Source: an uncultured Bacilli bacterium (GTDB lineage: Bacteria > Bacillota_I > Bacilli_A > RF39 > UBA660). Taken from it: DNA of 64,000 bases. Below the pieces are notes generated by a model. It worked only from the letters and a program-made list of their open reading frames with translations. It made no database searches and was not told the origin of the DNA. Below are positions 28,388-37,755 of this stretch, piece by piece. The DNA is taken from NCBI GenBank assembly GCA_934168205.1, contig CAKPMX010000001.1, forward strand, positions 4,799 through 68,798. The letters run 5' to 3'. Every line of letters starts with the position of its first letter. Within the stretch, counting starts at the first letter, position 1. A program made the position numbers and the translations under genes.

Positions 28388-28399
28388 ACTTACCTCCTA

Positions 28400-29509
28400 C
28401 TATTTTTCATCATTTTTATCACTTTTTAAAACATATCTATATAAAATATCATCATTAATAATTATAAAATGACTACAATAACCAGGAACAACTTCTTTAA
28501 ATAATATTGGAGCTCCCACATTATCATGTACATCTAATAACTCCTCAAAAGAGGCTACTTTTACAAACTGATAATTGCTTGTATCAACATTACTTTCTAC
28601 ATTAGCAATGACACTATCATATTCTCTCAATATTTTATTAAGTTTCTTTTCATATTTAGTTATACTTTTTAAATACTTATCTATCATTAACACTAATTTA
28701 TAAATAATGAATATATCAACTAATAAAATTATAATAAATACTGCAATATATATAAGATTAATAAGGTCAAAACTAGCTCTTTTACTTAATGAGCCATGGT
28801 CATTAATATTATTACTATCTATAACAACAGAAAGCGTTTGTTCTGATAAAGGTATAACTACTTTAGCTTCTCCGTTAACACTAATTTCATCACTAAATTC
28901 TGAATTATTAGCATTACCAATAACATGTAAAATAATTGTTACATCACTTTCAGAAGTTAATCCATATGATGTTTTAAATGCATTAACAAAACTATTAAAT
29001 CTAGCATAATCTATAGTTACTGTTTTCCTAAAAGCTGAATACTGTGCACCCATTTTACTAATTGTTTTCTTAGGTGTAATATTCTCTTTCTTTTCAAATA
29101 AAATAGTTGCTTTATCTTTATCACCATATACTCTAGTAATAGCTTCTACATAATAAACAAAATTATAATTAACTTCTTTGTTAGTTGAAAATGAATAATC
29201 AAAATCAACTTCTATATTTTTAATTAAAGAAGCAATATAATTCATACCAGATGGTAAATGATCTACTTCATAATAATCATTTGGCTTTAAATTAACTCTA
29301 TAATCAGTTTTACTGACTTCAGTATAATTCAAATAATCAAATGATCTACTATAAAATACTTTAATTACTAATATTAAAGCAATACATGAAAGAACAGCAA
29401 CAAAACAAAATCCAAAGATTAATTTAAATGCATTACTTCCGAATTTAGTTTCTATAAATTTTTCAATTCTAGTTACCAAAGAATTAAACTTTTCCTTGAC
29501 AAGTCTCAT
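28400..29509 (-). CDS. Two-TM membrane protein of unknown function; candidate fibre anchoring or assembly accessory (TapA analogue)
   Basis: N-terminal signal anchor, a roughly 190-aa exported domain, a second TM helix and a roughly 100-aa cytoplasmic tail. It sits between sipW-like and tasA-like genes. Confidence 0.45.
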   Translation of the reverse strand: MRLVKEKFNSLVTRIEKFIETKFGSNAFKLIFGFCFVAVLSCIALILVIKVFYSRSFDYLNYTEVSKTDYRVNLKPNDYYEVDHLPSGMNYIASLIKNIEVDFDYSFSTNKEVNYNFVYYVEAITRVYGDKDKATILFEKKENITPKKTISKMGAQYSAFRKTVTIDYARFNSFVNAFKTSYGLTSESDVTIILHVIGNANNSEFSDEISVNGEAKVVIPLSEQTLSVVIDSNNINDHGSLSKRASFDLINLIYIAVFIIILLVDIFIIYKLVLMIDKYLKSITKYEKKLNKILREYDSVIANVESNVDTSNYQFVKVASFEELLDVHDNVGAPILFKEVVPGYCSHFIIINDDILYRYVLKSDKNDEK

Positions 29510-29521
29510 AATACACCTCCA

Positions 29522-30673
29522 CTACCCATTCATCTTTTCATATAGCATAACAGTAGGATAACCAATGTATCTAATCTTATGATCAGTAGTACCAAGTACT
29601 TGACTAACTTCTATCAAATAATTATCTTCATCATTATTATGATCGCCTTTAGTCTTAAAAAACATTTCTTTACCAGACTTATATATTTTTGAGATTCTAT
29701 GAACAACTATTTTTCCTTCTTGTCGAAAGATTAATACCTGACCTACTTTCAACTGTTTAATTTCCTCTTCACTAAGTTTTCTAAGTAAAACAACATCACC
29801 TTTATTAATATTTGGCGTCATTGAACCTGTTGCGATAACCAAAAGTTGATATTTAAAAAATCCAGATGTTAAGCCAACAAGAATTCCTAGTAAAACTGTA
29901 GCTATTCCTTTTATAATTAATCCAGTATGTTTAGGCCTAGATAATAATATTTCCTTTTTATCAGCCCTATCAAACAGCCTCTTAACCATAGCAAAAATAA
30001 ATACTGGCACAATTATATATACAACCGAATTAACATAATTACCAAAGTCAGGTATTATTGGTAAAATATATAATGGTACTTCCATTAATAACCTATAAAT
30101 CATGGTAGACTTATACCCAACTTTATAAGATAAATATGTAAGTAAAAAGTTTTTACTTAAACTTGGTAATACATATAATCCTAGCAGTATTAAAAGTGAT
30201 GAAAGTTTAGCATAATCAAATGAATTAATAGTAAATGTTGTATCTATTAATGTAAACACAAAAACAGAGTATACTAAAATCCATACTTTATCCTTTATCT
30301 TAGAATTAATTGTATTTCTTAATAACTCAGTAGAAATTATCAACAACAACGCCGGTACAATATTATCAAAAATATTATATATTTTAAAAGTATATACATT
30401 TTTACTAAATCCAAAGAAAAAACCAGCTACATATGTTAATATATAATAAGATAAAATACCTATTAAAATTGTTAAAATAATATCTTTATTATGTCTACTC
30501 TTATCATTAGTAAATCCTACTAAAAATGATAGTATAACTAATAATAAAGATATAAAAATAAATAATGTATATTTATTTAATATAGGAATAAGAAAGCTAT
30601 TTAAAAGTAAAATAATCATAGTAAATAGCAAACTAAGAACTATTATTAAATGACTTCTTTTCATAGCTTTCAA
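29522..30673 (-). CDS. sipW: SipW-type (ER/archaeal-type, S26B) signal peptidase I, fused to a roughly 280-aa N-terminal polytopic membrane domain
   Basis: C-terminal 100 aa: TGSMTPNINKGDVVLL (box B, catalytic Ser), VVHRI (His) and KTKGDHNNDEDNY (box D), as in B. subtilis SipW. The N-terminal 280 aa hold about 7-8 predicted TM helices that are absent from canonical SipW, which is about 190 aa. Confidence 0.7.
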   Translation of the reverse strand: MKAMKRSHLIIVLSLLFTMIILLLNSFLIPILNKYTLFIFISLLLVILSFLVGFTNDKSRHNKDIILTILIGILSYYILTYVAGFFFGFSKNVYTFKIYNIFDNIVPALLLIISTELLRNTINSKIKDKVWILVYSVFVFTLIDTTFTINSFDYAKLSSLLILLGLYVLPSLSKNFLLTYLSYKVGYKSTMIYRLLMEVPLYILPIIPDFGNYVNSVVYIIVPVFIFAMVKRLFDRADKKEILLSRPKHTGLIIKGIATVLLGILVGLTSGFFKYQLLVIATGSMTPNINKGDVVLLRKLSEEEIKQLKVGQVLIFRQEGKIVVHRISKIYKSGKEMFFKTKGDHNNDEDNYLIEVSQVLGTTDHKIRYIGYPTVMLYEKMNG

Positions 30674-30690
30674 CTCCTTATTAATTTAAA

Positions 30691-31269
30691 TTAAGCTTGT
30701 GTATATATTAAAGTTGTTTCGCCAACAGTAATAGCAATATCATCAGATGCTACTGCAGTTCCTGTTGAAGCCCAGTCAAGCTTTAAAGTAAGATCTTTGC
30801 TTTCTCCAGCAGCTAATCTATCATTAGCAGTAACGCCAGTTAAAGTATAAGATAATTCATTACAAATTGCATTAGCTTCTACAGTAGTAGCGTTGCTTCC
30901 TACTGCTGGTGCACAACTTATAGTACCCATAGTAAATGTAGATAATTCAGCATCAAGTGAACCAGAGTTAGTTACTACGAAATTATAAGTAATTGAATCT
31001 CCAGGAGCTTTTAAAGTAGCGTTAAATCCTGAAACTTGTGTATCGCTTAAAGTAGCTTCTGTATTTACTAAAGCATTACCAGTTTTAGTAGCAACTAAAG
31101 AAGTACCAGTTTTATAAGCAAACTTAACACTCCAACTAGATGGATCAACGTTTGCTGCACCAGTGATTTTTAATGTTGATGAATAAGCAGCATAACCTAT
31201 TGTTAAACCTACTACAGCAACCATCAAAGCAATAACAGCAATAATTCTAAATCCTCTTTCTTTTTGCAT
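30691..31269 (-). CDS. TasA/CalY (camelysin, peptidase M73)-family secreted fibre protein
   Basis: Signal region IGYAAYSSTLKITGAAN. LKAPGDSITYNFVVTNSGSLDAEL aligns with TasA LKPGDKLTKDFQFENNGSLAIKEV. Confidence 0.65.
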   Translation of the reverse strand: MQKERGFRIIAVIALMVAVVGLTIGYAAYSSTLKITGAANVDPSSWSVKFAYKTGTSLVATKTGNALVNTEATLSDTQVSGFNATLKAPGDSITYNFVVTNSGSLDAELSTFTMGTISCAPAVGSNATTVEANAICNELSYTLTGVTANDRLAAGESKDLTLKLDWASTGTAVASDDIAITVGETTLIYTQA

Positions 31270-31452
31270 TTTCCATATCCTCCTATCTTAGTTTTACTAT
31301 TTAATTATATCCAACATTTTATAAGTAGTCAACTATTAAACAACAGAAAAATATGAAAATCAGGCAAAAAAACACGATATATAGCATATAACAAAAGCAA
31401 ATTAACTACTCAAAAATTTAAAGAAAACATAAGTTATAACAAGGAGGTCAAT

Positions 31453-32253
31453 ATGAACAGCAACAATAAAAAAATGTGTATACCAAATAATTGTTTTATA
31501 CCAGGTCCTACTGGACCAACTGGTCCTAAAGGAAATGGCATAAACATTTTAGGAAGTTATGATACATATGAAGAATTAATAAAGAACCATCCCACCGGTT
31601 CGAAAGATGATGCTTATATAATTAACGGTGATCTATTCATCTGGTCAGACAAAGAAAAGAACTGGATTAACACCGGTAAAGTTCAAGGTCCCAAGGGAGA
31701 TCCGGGTCCTAAAGGAGACCAAGGTGAAAAAGGAGATCCCGGTCCTAATACCGTTAGAGCAGCATACCTAGTAACATTTAATGGTACCGAATCAAAAACT
31801 GGTATAACTATAGATTCAAACGGAACATTACCAATTGAAAGAAAAGAATTAGATTTAACAAATCTTGTTAATCTAAATCAAACTGAAAACACAATCAGTT
31901 TCAATGTCATAGGTTGCTACCGAATAAGTATAATTGTATCTGCTTATGTAAAAGGTATAGAAACGCCATATAACAAAACAAAAGACTTTGTCACTCTCGG
32001 ATTAAGAGAAAAAGATACTGACAATATCTACATTGGAACAAGTTCTTGGTATGAAACAGAAACAGCTAAACAAAATATAATGGAAGGAATGCTTGCTATA
32101 ACAGATACAAAAAAAGAATTTGAATTAGTAAACATAGGCAGTAAAAGCATCTGCTTAATAACACCAGACATAGAAAATATAAAATCAAAGTCATACTTCA
32201 CAAATTCACTTGTAACAGTATTCATAGAATACTTAGGAAAACAAGTAATATAA
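31453..32253 (+). CDS. Collagen-like triple-helix repeat protein (GPTGPTGPKG ... GPKGDPGPKGDQGEKGDPGP) with a roughly 170-aa C-terminal globular domain; BclA-like
   Basis: G-X-Y repeats read directly. It resembles the exosporium BclA family, whose C-terminal domain is C1q/TNF-like. Confidence 0.7.
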   Translation: MNSNNKKMCIPNNCFIPGPTGPTGPKGNGINILGSYDTYEELIKNHPTGSKDDAYIINGDLFIWSDKEKNWINTGKVQGPKGDPGPKGDQGEKGDPGPNTVRAAYLVTFNGTESKTGITIDSNGTLPIERKELDLTNLVNLNQTENTISFNVIGCYRISIIVSAYVKGIETPYNKTKDFVTLGLREKDTDNIYIGTSSWYETETAKQNIMEGMLAITDTKKEFELVNIGSKSICLITPDIENIKSKSYFTNSLVTVFIEYLGKQVI

Positions 32254-32258
32254 ATTAA

Positions 32259-32285
32259 AAAGATAGCCAAAGCTATCTTTTATCT
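32259..32285 (+). terminator. Rho-independent terminator (aagatagc-caaa-gctatctt followed by a T run)
   Basis: Hairpin read directly, downstream of the collagen-like gene. Confidence 0.6.
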
Positions 32286-32546
32286 TGAATAAGTTTTATA
32301 TCATTAATATCATCATCAAAAGTATATTTACCACCAGTTTCTACTTGTCTGAAATAAATACTTGCTAAATAATTTTTATCAAAAGGAACATTATTAAATG
32401 TTGCATTTTCAAATGTATCATTGTTATACCAAGACCATATGTAATACCAAAAGAAATATTCATAATTAATTACCTATAAATCTATAATAAATTATGATAA
32501 TAATAACAATATGAAAATGACTATAACCTAAATACAAGTAAAAAAA

Positions 32547-32978
32547 CTACCTATTTAATTCACCAGTATTTTCTTCTAATATTTCAAATATTATATCTTT
32601 TACTGAATTCCAAGTGTTTTTTAAACTATCATAACTCAAAGTCTCTTCAACTTTATCAAATGGAGTCCAAATAAGATCATGTGTATCTTCACTTTGATTA
32701 TCACTTTCTCCATTATCTATCGCAAAAAACATATAACAAGCACAATCCTCTCCACTTGGTGTAGTATATTTTTCTAAAAAAGGATCATATTTATCTATTA
32801 TTTCAGCTACTCTTCTTGTTTCCTCTGCGGTTTCTCTAATAGCCGCTTCTTTTGATGTTTCGCCTTCTTCAACATGTCCCTTTGGAAATGAATAATCATT
32901 TTGTTTTTTCCTATAAATCAATGCAACCTCTTTTGTTTCTCTTCTTATTAAAAAACATCCCGCCTTTTTAGTAATCAT
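32547..32978 (-). CDS. NUDIX hydrolase
   Basis: Nudix box GHVEEGETSKEAAIRETAEETR. Confidence 0.75.
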   Translation of the reverse strand: MITKKAGCFLIRRETKEVALIYRKKQNDYSFPKGHVEEGETSKEAAIRETAEETRRVAEIIDKYDPFLEKYTTPSGEDCACYMFFAIDNGESDNQSEDTHDLIWTPFDKVEETLSYDSLKNTWNSVKDIIFEILEENTGELNR

Positions 32979-33027
32979 ATAATTTCCTCTTTTCTTTAAT
33001 TTAACTAAAAATAAGTAGAAATTCTAC

Positions 33028-33786
33028 TTATTTTACACTTTCAATACTATAAAAACTATATAAATTATCATCAGACATCTTAAATGTATAAAGATATTTA
33101 GCACTTTCAACTATAGAACCAGTTTTGTCTTCTACATCTAATGATTCATATACCCTAACAGTATCTCCTTCTCTTTCAGCTTTATATATATCATAGTTAT
33201 ATGTAAAGTCTTTAGAGAATAAATTATCTTTTTTACCCTTAGAATATAAAACATAAGAATCAATATCTTCATTATATACATATGTATCATTATCTGGATT
33301 TACTTTAATATTAACACCAGTACTCATTTGGAATTTATCTCCAAATACTTCTTGATATGATCTTTCAACATCTTCTCTTTTAATAATAGTTTTATCACTA
33401 CATACTAATTTTCCAAAGGCATTTTCACTAGGTAAAGTAGTACAATCATCTGCTGCTAAAAAATCTACTCCCTTAAGATTTAAATAAGCTAAAACCATTT
33501 TATTTCCTTCAGTCATATCAGCAATTATACTACTGCTTTCTCCATCATACATCCAATAAGGAGAAGTAGATTTAAAATCATGTACTGTAGTATATAAACT
33601 TTGTACTAATCTACTATTCTTATCTAGGCTAACTACTGTAACTTTCTCTTTACCAGAAAAAATTGCTTTAAATACAAATATTACAACAATAATACCAACT
33701 ATTCCAATTATTGCTAAAAGTAACATTTTATTATTAAAAGATTTTTTAGTACTTTTACTTTTTGAAACCATTTCATCAAATTTCAT
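33028..33786 (-). CDS. Membrane-anchored hypothetical protein
   Basis: N-terminal TM helix followed by an extracytoplasmic domain. Confidence 0.45.
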   Translation of the reverse strand: MKFDEMVSKSKSTKKSFNNKMLLLAIIGIVGIIVVIFVFKAIFSGKEKVTVVSLDKNSRLVQSLYTTVHDFKSTSPYWMYDGESSSIIADMTEGNKMVLAYLNLKGVDFLAADDCTTLPSENAFGKLVCSDKTIIKREDVERSYQEVFGDKFQMSTGVNIKVNPDNDTYVYNEDIDSYVLYSKGKKDNLFSKDFTYNYDIYKAEREGDTVRVYESLDVEDKTGSIVESAKYLYTFKMSDDNLYSFYSIESVK

Positions 33787-33804
33787 AATTAATCACCATC
33801 AATT

Positions 33805-34830
33805 CTATTTATTAGGATCAACTAGTATTTTAACAGCGTCGTCTTTACCAGATGTTAATCTTTCGTATGCTTTTTGAACATCTTCCAATGAAACTACATC
33901 ATCAACAAATTTTAATGTTTCTATTTTCTTACTTGCCATTAAATCAATACAAGTTTGGAACTCTTCTTTTGTATAAGCAATTGAACCTTTAATAGTTAAT
34001 TCTCTCATAACTGAAACAATTGTAGGTATTGTAACTGTTCCTAAAGAAACACCAACTAAGATAACTCTACCGCCCGGTCTAACAGCCATTAAAGCTGAAC
34101 TAACTGCAGGTGAGTTTCCACAGCATTCAATAACAACATCAAAACCACCATTAGTAATTTGTGTAGTTTTTTCTAACATCTTAGTATCCTTAGCATCAAA
34201 CCATTCGTCTGCAACTCCAAGTCTAACACTCTTCTTACCACGAGCATCATTCGTCTCTGATAAAGCTACATAACTAGCTCCTTCCATCTTCGCAAACATT
34301 GCTGAAACAAGTCCAATGATACCTCCACCGATAACTAATACCTTCTCACCTATTTTTATATCAGCTAAATGTATAGCATGTAATCCAACAGCACTAGGTT
34401 CAACCATCGCAACTTCATCATCACTAACACTATCAGGTACTTTTAATACCATATCTGGTCTAATAGCCATTTTAGGTGCTAAAGCTCCAGGATTAGTTAA
34501 AGAAAGACCAGTAGCTTTAGTCCAAGTTTCAGGACAATATTGTGGATTACCTGTTAAACATGCACTACAATGTCCACATGGAGAAATAGGTAAAGCAGTT
34601 ACTCTGTCTCCTACTTTTAAATCTTCTCTACTACCAGGATTATAAACAACTCCACAATACTCATGACCCATGACTAATCCAGCTGGCTCACCAGTATCCC
34701 AGTAATGAATATCAGATCCACAAATACCAGATTTTTTAACATCAATCAAAACACTTCCATCAACACTAACTGGCTCATCTATTTCACTAATTTCAAATTT
34801 TTTTACATCTTTTAACTTAACACATCTCAT
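33805..34830 (-). CDS. Zn-dependent alcohol/polyol dehydrogenase (MDR superfamily)
   Basis: GICGSDIHYW and GHEYCGVV zinc-binding motifs, a structural-zinc Cys cluster (CGHCSACLTG) and a GGGIIG NAD-binding motif. Confidence 0.85.
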   Translation of the reverse strand: MRCVKLKDVKKFEISEIDEPVSVDGSVLIDVKKSGICGSDIHYWDTGEPAGLVMGHEYCGVVYNPGSREDLKVGDRVTALPISPCGHCSACLTGNPQYCPETWTKATGLSLTNPGALAPKMAIRPDMVLKVPDSVSDDEVAMVEPSAVGLHAIHLADIKIGEKVLVIGGGIIGLVSAMFAKMEGASYVALSETNDARGKKSVRLGVADEWFDAKDTKMLEKTTQITNGGFDVVIECCGNSPAVSSALMAVRPGGRVILVGVSLGTVTIPTIVSVMRELTIKGSIAYTKEEFQTCIDLMASKKIETLKFVDDVVSLEDVQKAYERLTSGKDDAVKILVDPNK

Positions 34831-34925
34831 AAATGAACTCCTCCTATCATCTAATATAATAATACCATAAATAAAGAAAAAATAAATATTTTTATGACAA
34901 AATCTGTCTATAAGAAAGGAAAAAA

Positions 34926-35999
34926 ATGAAAATATGTGTTTATGCCATTTCTAAAAATGAAGAAAAATTTGTCAAACGTTGGACCGAATCCATGAAAGAA
35001 GCAGATGAAATATACGTTTTAGATACTGGCTCAACTGATAATACTGTAAAGCTTTTAAAAGAAAATAATGTCCATGTCAAAATAAAAGAAATAATACCTT
35101 GGCGTTTTGATGCAGCCCGTAATGAATCTTTAAACTTAGTCCCTCTCGATACAGATATATGTGTTTGCACAGATTTAGACGAAGTCTTTGAAAAAGGTTG
35201 GAGAAAACGTCTAGAAGAAGCCTGGCAAAAAGATACAACTAGAGCTAGATATACATATAACTGGAGTCTTAATAAAAATAATATCCCAAAAGTTACTTTT
35301 TATACAGAAAAAATACATACCAGAAATAACTACACTTGGATAAACCCAGTTCATGAAGTATTATCCTGTTCAACAAATGAAAACTCCATAATAATAAATG
35401 ACATAGTTTTAAACCATTATCCAGATATTACAAAAAGCCGTAGTAGTTATTTACCATTATTAGAACTAGCTATAAAAGAAGATCCAAGCAATGACCGAAA
35501 TATGCACTATTTAGGTAGAGAATATATGTACTATGGCTACTGGAAAAAAAGTATTAAAACATTAAAAAAACATCTCTCACTAAAAAGCGCTACTTGGAAA
35601 GATGAACGTTCTGCATCAATGCGTTATATCAGTCGCTGTTACAAAAATTTAAAAAAATATGATCAAGCTAAACTCTGGCTAGATAAAGCTATTAAAGAAA
35701 CTCCATACTTAAGAGAACCATATGTCGAAAAAGCTCTTCTAGCCTACTTACAAGAAAACTATTTAGAAGTAGAAACATACTGTCTAAAAGCTCTAACCAT
35801 AACATATCATCCCAAAACTTATATAAATGAAGTATTTGCCTGGGATGAAACAATATATGACCTACTATCAATAAGTAACTATTATCAAAGAAGATATAAC
35901 TACGCTATTTACTTTGTAAATTTAGCTTTAGAAATATCTAAAGATAATAAAAGACTTCTAAATAATAAAAAAATCTTCATTGAAAAAGAAAAAAATTAA
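34926..35999 (+). CDS. Family-2 glycosyltransferase with a C-terminal TPR-like helical domain
   Basis: GT-A N-terminus (ISKNEEKFVKRW...LDTGSTDNT...DLDE) and TPR-like repeats in the C-terminal half. Confidence 0.65.
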   Translation: MKICVYAISKNEEKFVKRWTESMKEADEIYVLDTGSTDNTVKLLKENNVHVKIKEIIPWRFDAARNESLNLVPLDTDICVCTDLDEVFEKGWRKRLEEAWQKDTTRARYTYNWSLNKNNIPKVTFYTEKIHTRNNYTWINPVHEVLSCSTNENSIIINDIVLNHYPDITKSRSSYLPLLELAIKEDPSNDRNMHYLGREYMYYGYWKKSIKTLKKHLSLKSATWKDERSASMRYISRCYKNLKKYDQAKLWLDKAIKETPYLREPYVEKALLAYLQENYLEVETYCLKALTITYHPKTYINEVFAWDETIYDLLSISNYYQRRYNYAIYFVNLALEISKDNKRLLNNKKIFIEKEKN

Positions 36000-36871
36000 T
36001 CTCCCGTATAAAGATTAATTTTTTTTGCTTTATAAGCCAAATAAATTTTATTCCAAATAACACTCTCTATATATCTAGCTTTTTTAGGATGCATTAAAAA
36101 TCTAACATTAAGTTCTACATGGTCATCAACTATCTTAGTATAAATAATAGGATCAAACTTATTAAAATATATTCTATTAGTAGTATTAACATCATCTATT
36201 AAATTCTTCATCTTCTTAGGAATACTCTTAATAGTATCTAAACTATTAACTATCTTATATATTTCTTTCTTATTACTTTCTAAATCAGCATCTAAAGAAA
36301 CTTTTACTACAATTTCATCCCATATATATTTAAATCCTTTATTAATATTTTTAACCGGTTTAGAAACAATAATAGAATTAGGATAATGAATAACTATACC
36401 AGTAGACTGTCCATTATCCTCTTTAGTAGATACTTCAAGTATTTCAAAACTAAAAGCTGAAATACTCATAACATCTCCTTTTGTATCTTCTATTTGTATA
36501 CGATCTTCTACTTTAAAAGGCTTCTTAAATTTAATATAAATACCACAGAAAAAATTAAGTATAAAGTCTCTTAAAGCAATAGTCATTGCTGCTGAAATAA
36601 CACTAATAAAAGTCATTAACCCTTTAATATAATCATTAAATAAAAATATAAATACTAATATTTCTAAAATATTCAAAGTAACTTGATAAGCCTGATTAGA
36701 AACAAATTCTCTTCTACCTGTTGTAATTTTTTGTATTACTTTTTTACCTAACACTTTTAAAATACGAAAAATAAATATCACAACTAAACTAGTTAGTAAT
36801 AAAACAATATATTTTTCTTCTAAAGTAGTAGCTTTAGCTAAAGTACTACATATTTCTTCATATAATTTCAT
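35996..36871 (-). CDS. MscS-family mechanosensitive channel
   Basis: Three N-terminal TM helices followed by an MscS beta domain (GDVMSISAFSFEIL...IVIHYPNS). Confidence 0.7.
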   Translation of the reverse strand: MKLYEEICSTLAKATTLEEKYIVLLLTSLVVIFIFRILKVLGKKVIQKITTGRREFVSNQAYQVTLNILEILVFIFLFNDYIKGLMTFISVISAAMTIALRDFILNFFCGIYIKFKKPFKVEDRIQIEDTKGDVMSISAFSFEILEVSTKEDNGQSTGIVIHYPNSIIVSKPVKNINKGFKYIWDEIVVKVSLDADLESNKKEIYKIVNSLDTIKSIPKKMKNLIDDVNTTNRIYFNKFDPIIYTKIVDDHVELNVRFLMHPKKARYIESVIWNKIYLAYKAKKINLYTGD

Positions 36872-36984
36872 AAAATCCCTCCTTAAAAGTCAAGAATATA
36901 AAATATAGCACAAATACTCAATAATTAAAAGCACTAAGTATAACATATGTAAAACTTTACACAAAGTTTACAAAAAAAGATATC

Positions 36985-37755
36985 CTAAGATACCTTTTTC
37001 TTTAAAATATTACCAGTAACAATTAATCCAATACCAATAACCAGTAATACAATGGAATATATTAATCCTGACATGTAGTTAACTGATACTTCTACTTCAG
37101 CCACACTTTGAACAAGATAAGTTAATAACATCATAGCACCAGCTGTTACTACTGAAGATATAATTGAACAAATTCCAAATACTTTCATTGTTTTAAAGTA
37201 AGCTTTTTGTAACAACCAAATAAGTAAAGTTAATACACAAATAGTAATAAACATCTTAACTTTAAATGATGTAGAAATTAAATTTGTATAAGCTTTAGCA
37301 ACTTGTACACTCTCCTCATCTTCTTGTTCAGTAAATGAACTATAAAGTTCTTCTGTAATATTATCTAATTCTTGACTACTTTTAAATGCATCTAATACTT
37401 CATCTGTAACTTTAAGTTTTTCTTTAAAGAATTCTTTATTATTATCAATAACTTCAATTATATCTTTTCTAATATCCTCTCTTGTCAAATTATTAGAACC
37501 AGCCATTCCATAAATAAATGCATCTATATATTTATCAATGAGATTAGATACATCTTCATTAGCAAAAAACTCATCAACTTCTTCTTTTGTAACATCTAAG
37601 TCCTCCGCTATATCTTCTTTACTTTCTTCAATTACAACCGTTTTTAATTCTTTAACTAAAGCAAAACGTGCAGAAAACGAAAAAACAAATACTGAAATAC
37701 TACTTATTAACGCAATGGATAATAATACTACACCTATTTTTTTTAATACATTCAT
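36985..37755 (-). CDS. Hypothetical membrane protein
   Basis: A signal anchor plus C-terminal TM helices. It overlaps the upstream gene by 4 nt, which suggests an operon. Confidence 0.45.
   Translation of the reverse strand: MNVLKKIGVVLLSIALISSISVFVFSFSARFALVKELKTVVIEESKEDIAEDLDVTKEEVDEFFANEDVSNLIDKYIDAFIYGMAGSNNLTREDIRKDIIEVIDNNKEFFKEKLKVTDEVLDAFKSSQELDNITEELYSSFTEQEDEESVQVAKAYTNLISTSFKVKMFITICVLTLLIWLLQKAYFKTMKVFGICSIISSVVTAGAMMLLTYLVQSVAEVEVSVNYMSGLIYSIVLLVIGIGLIVTGNILKKKVS

Noticed and set aside
32276-32473. Minus-strand 66-codon open frame with a W/Y-rich N-terminus (YEYFFWYYIWSWYNN...) between the collagen-like gene and the NUDIX gene
   Set aside because: It has no ATG, GTG or TTG start with an RBS. 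Its 3' end runs through the collagen-gene terminator hairpin. It is probably a fortuitous open frame or a decayed gene remnant.
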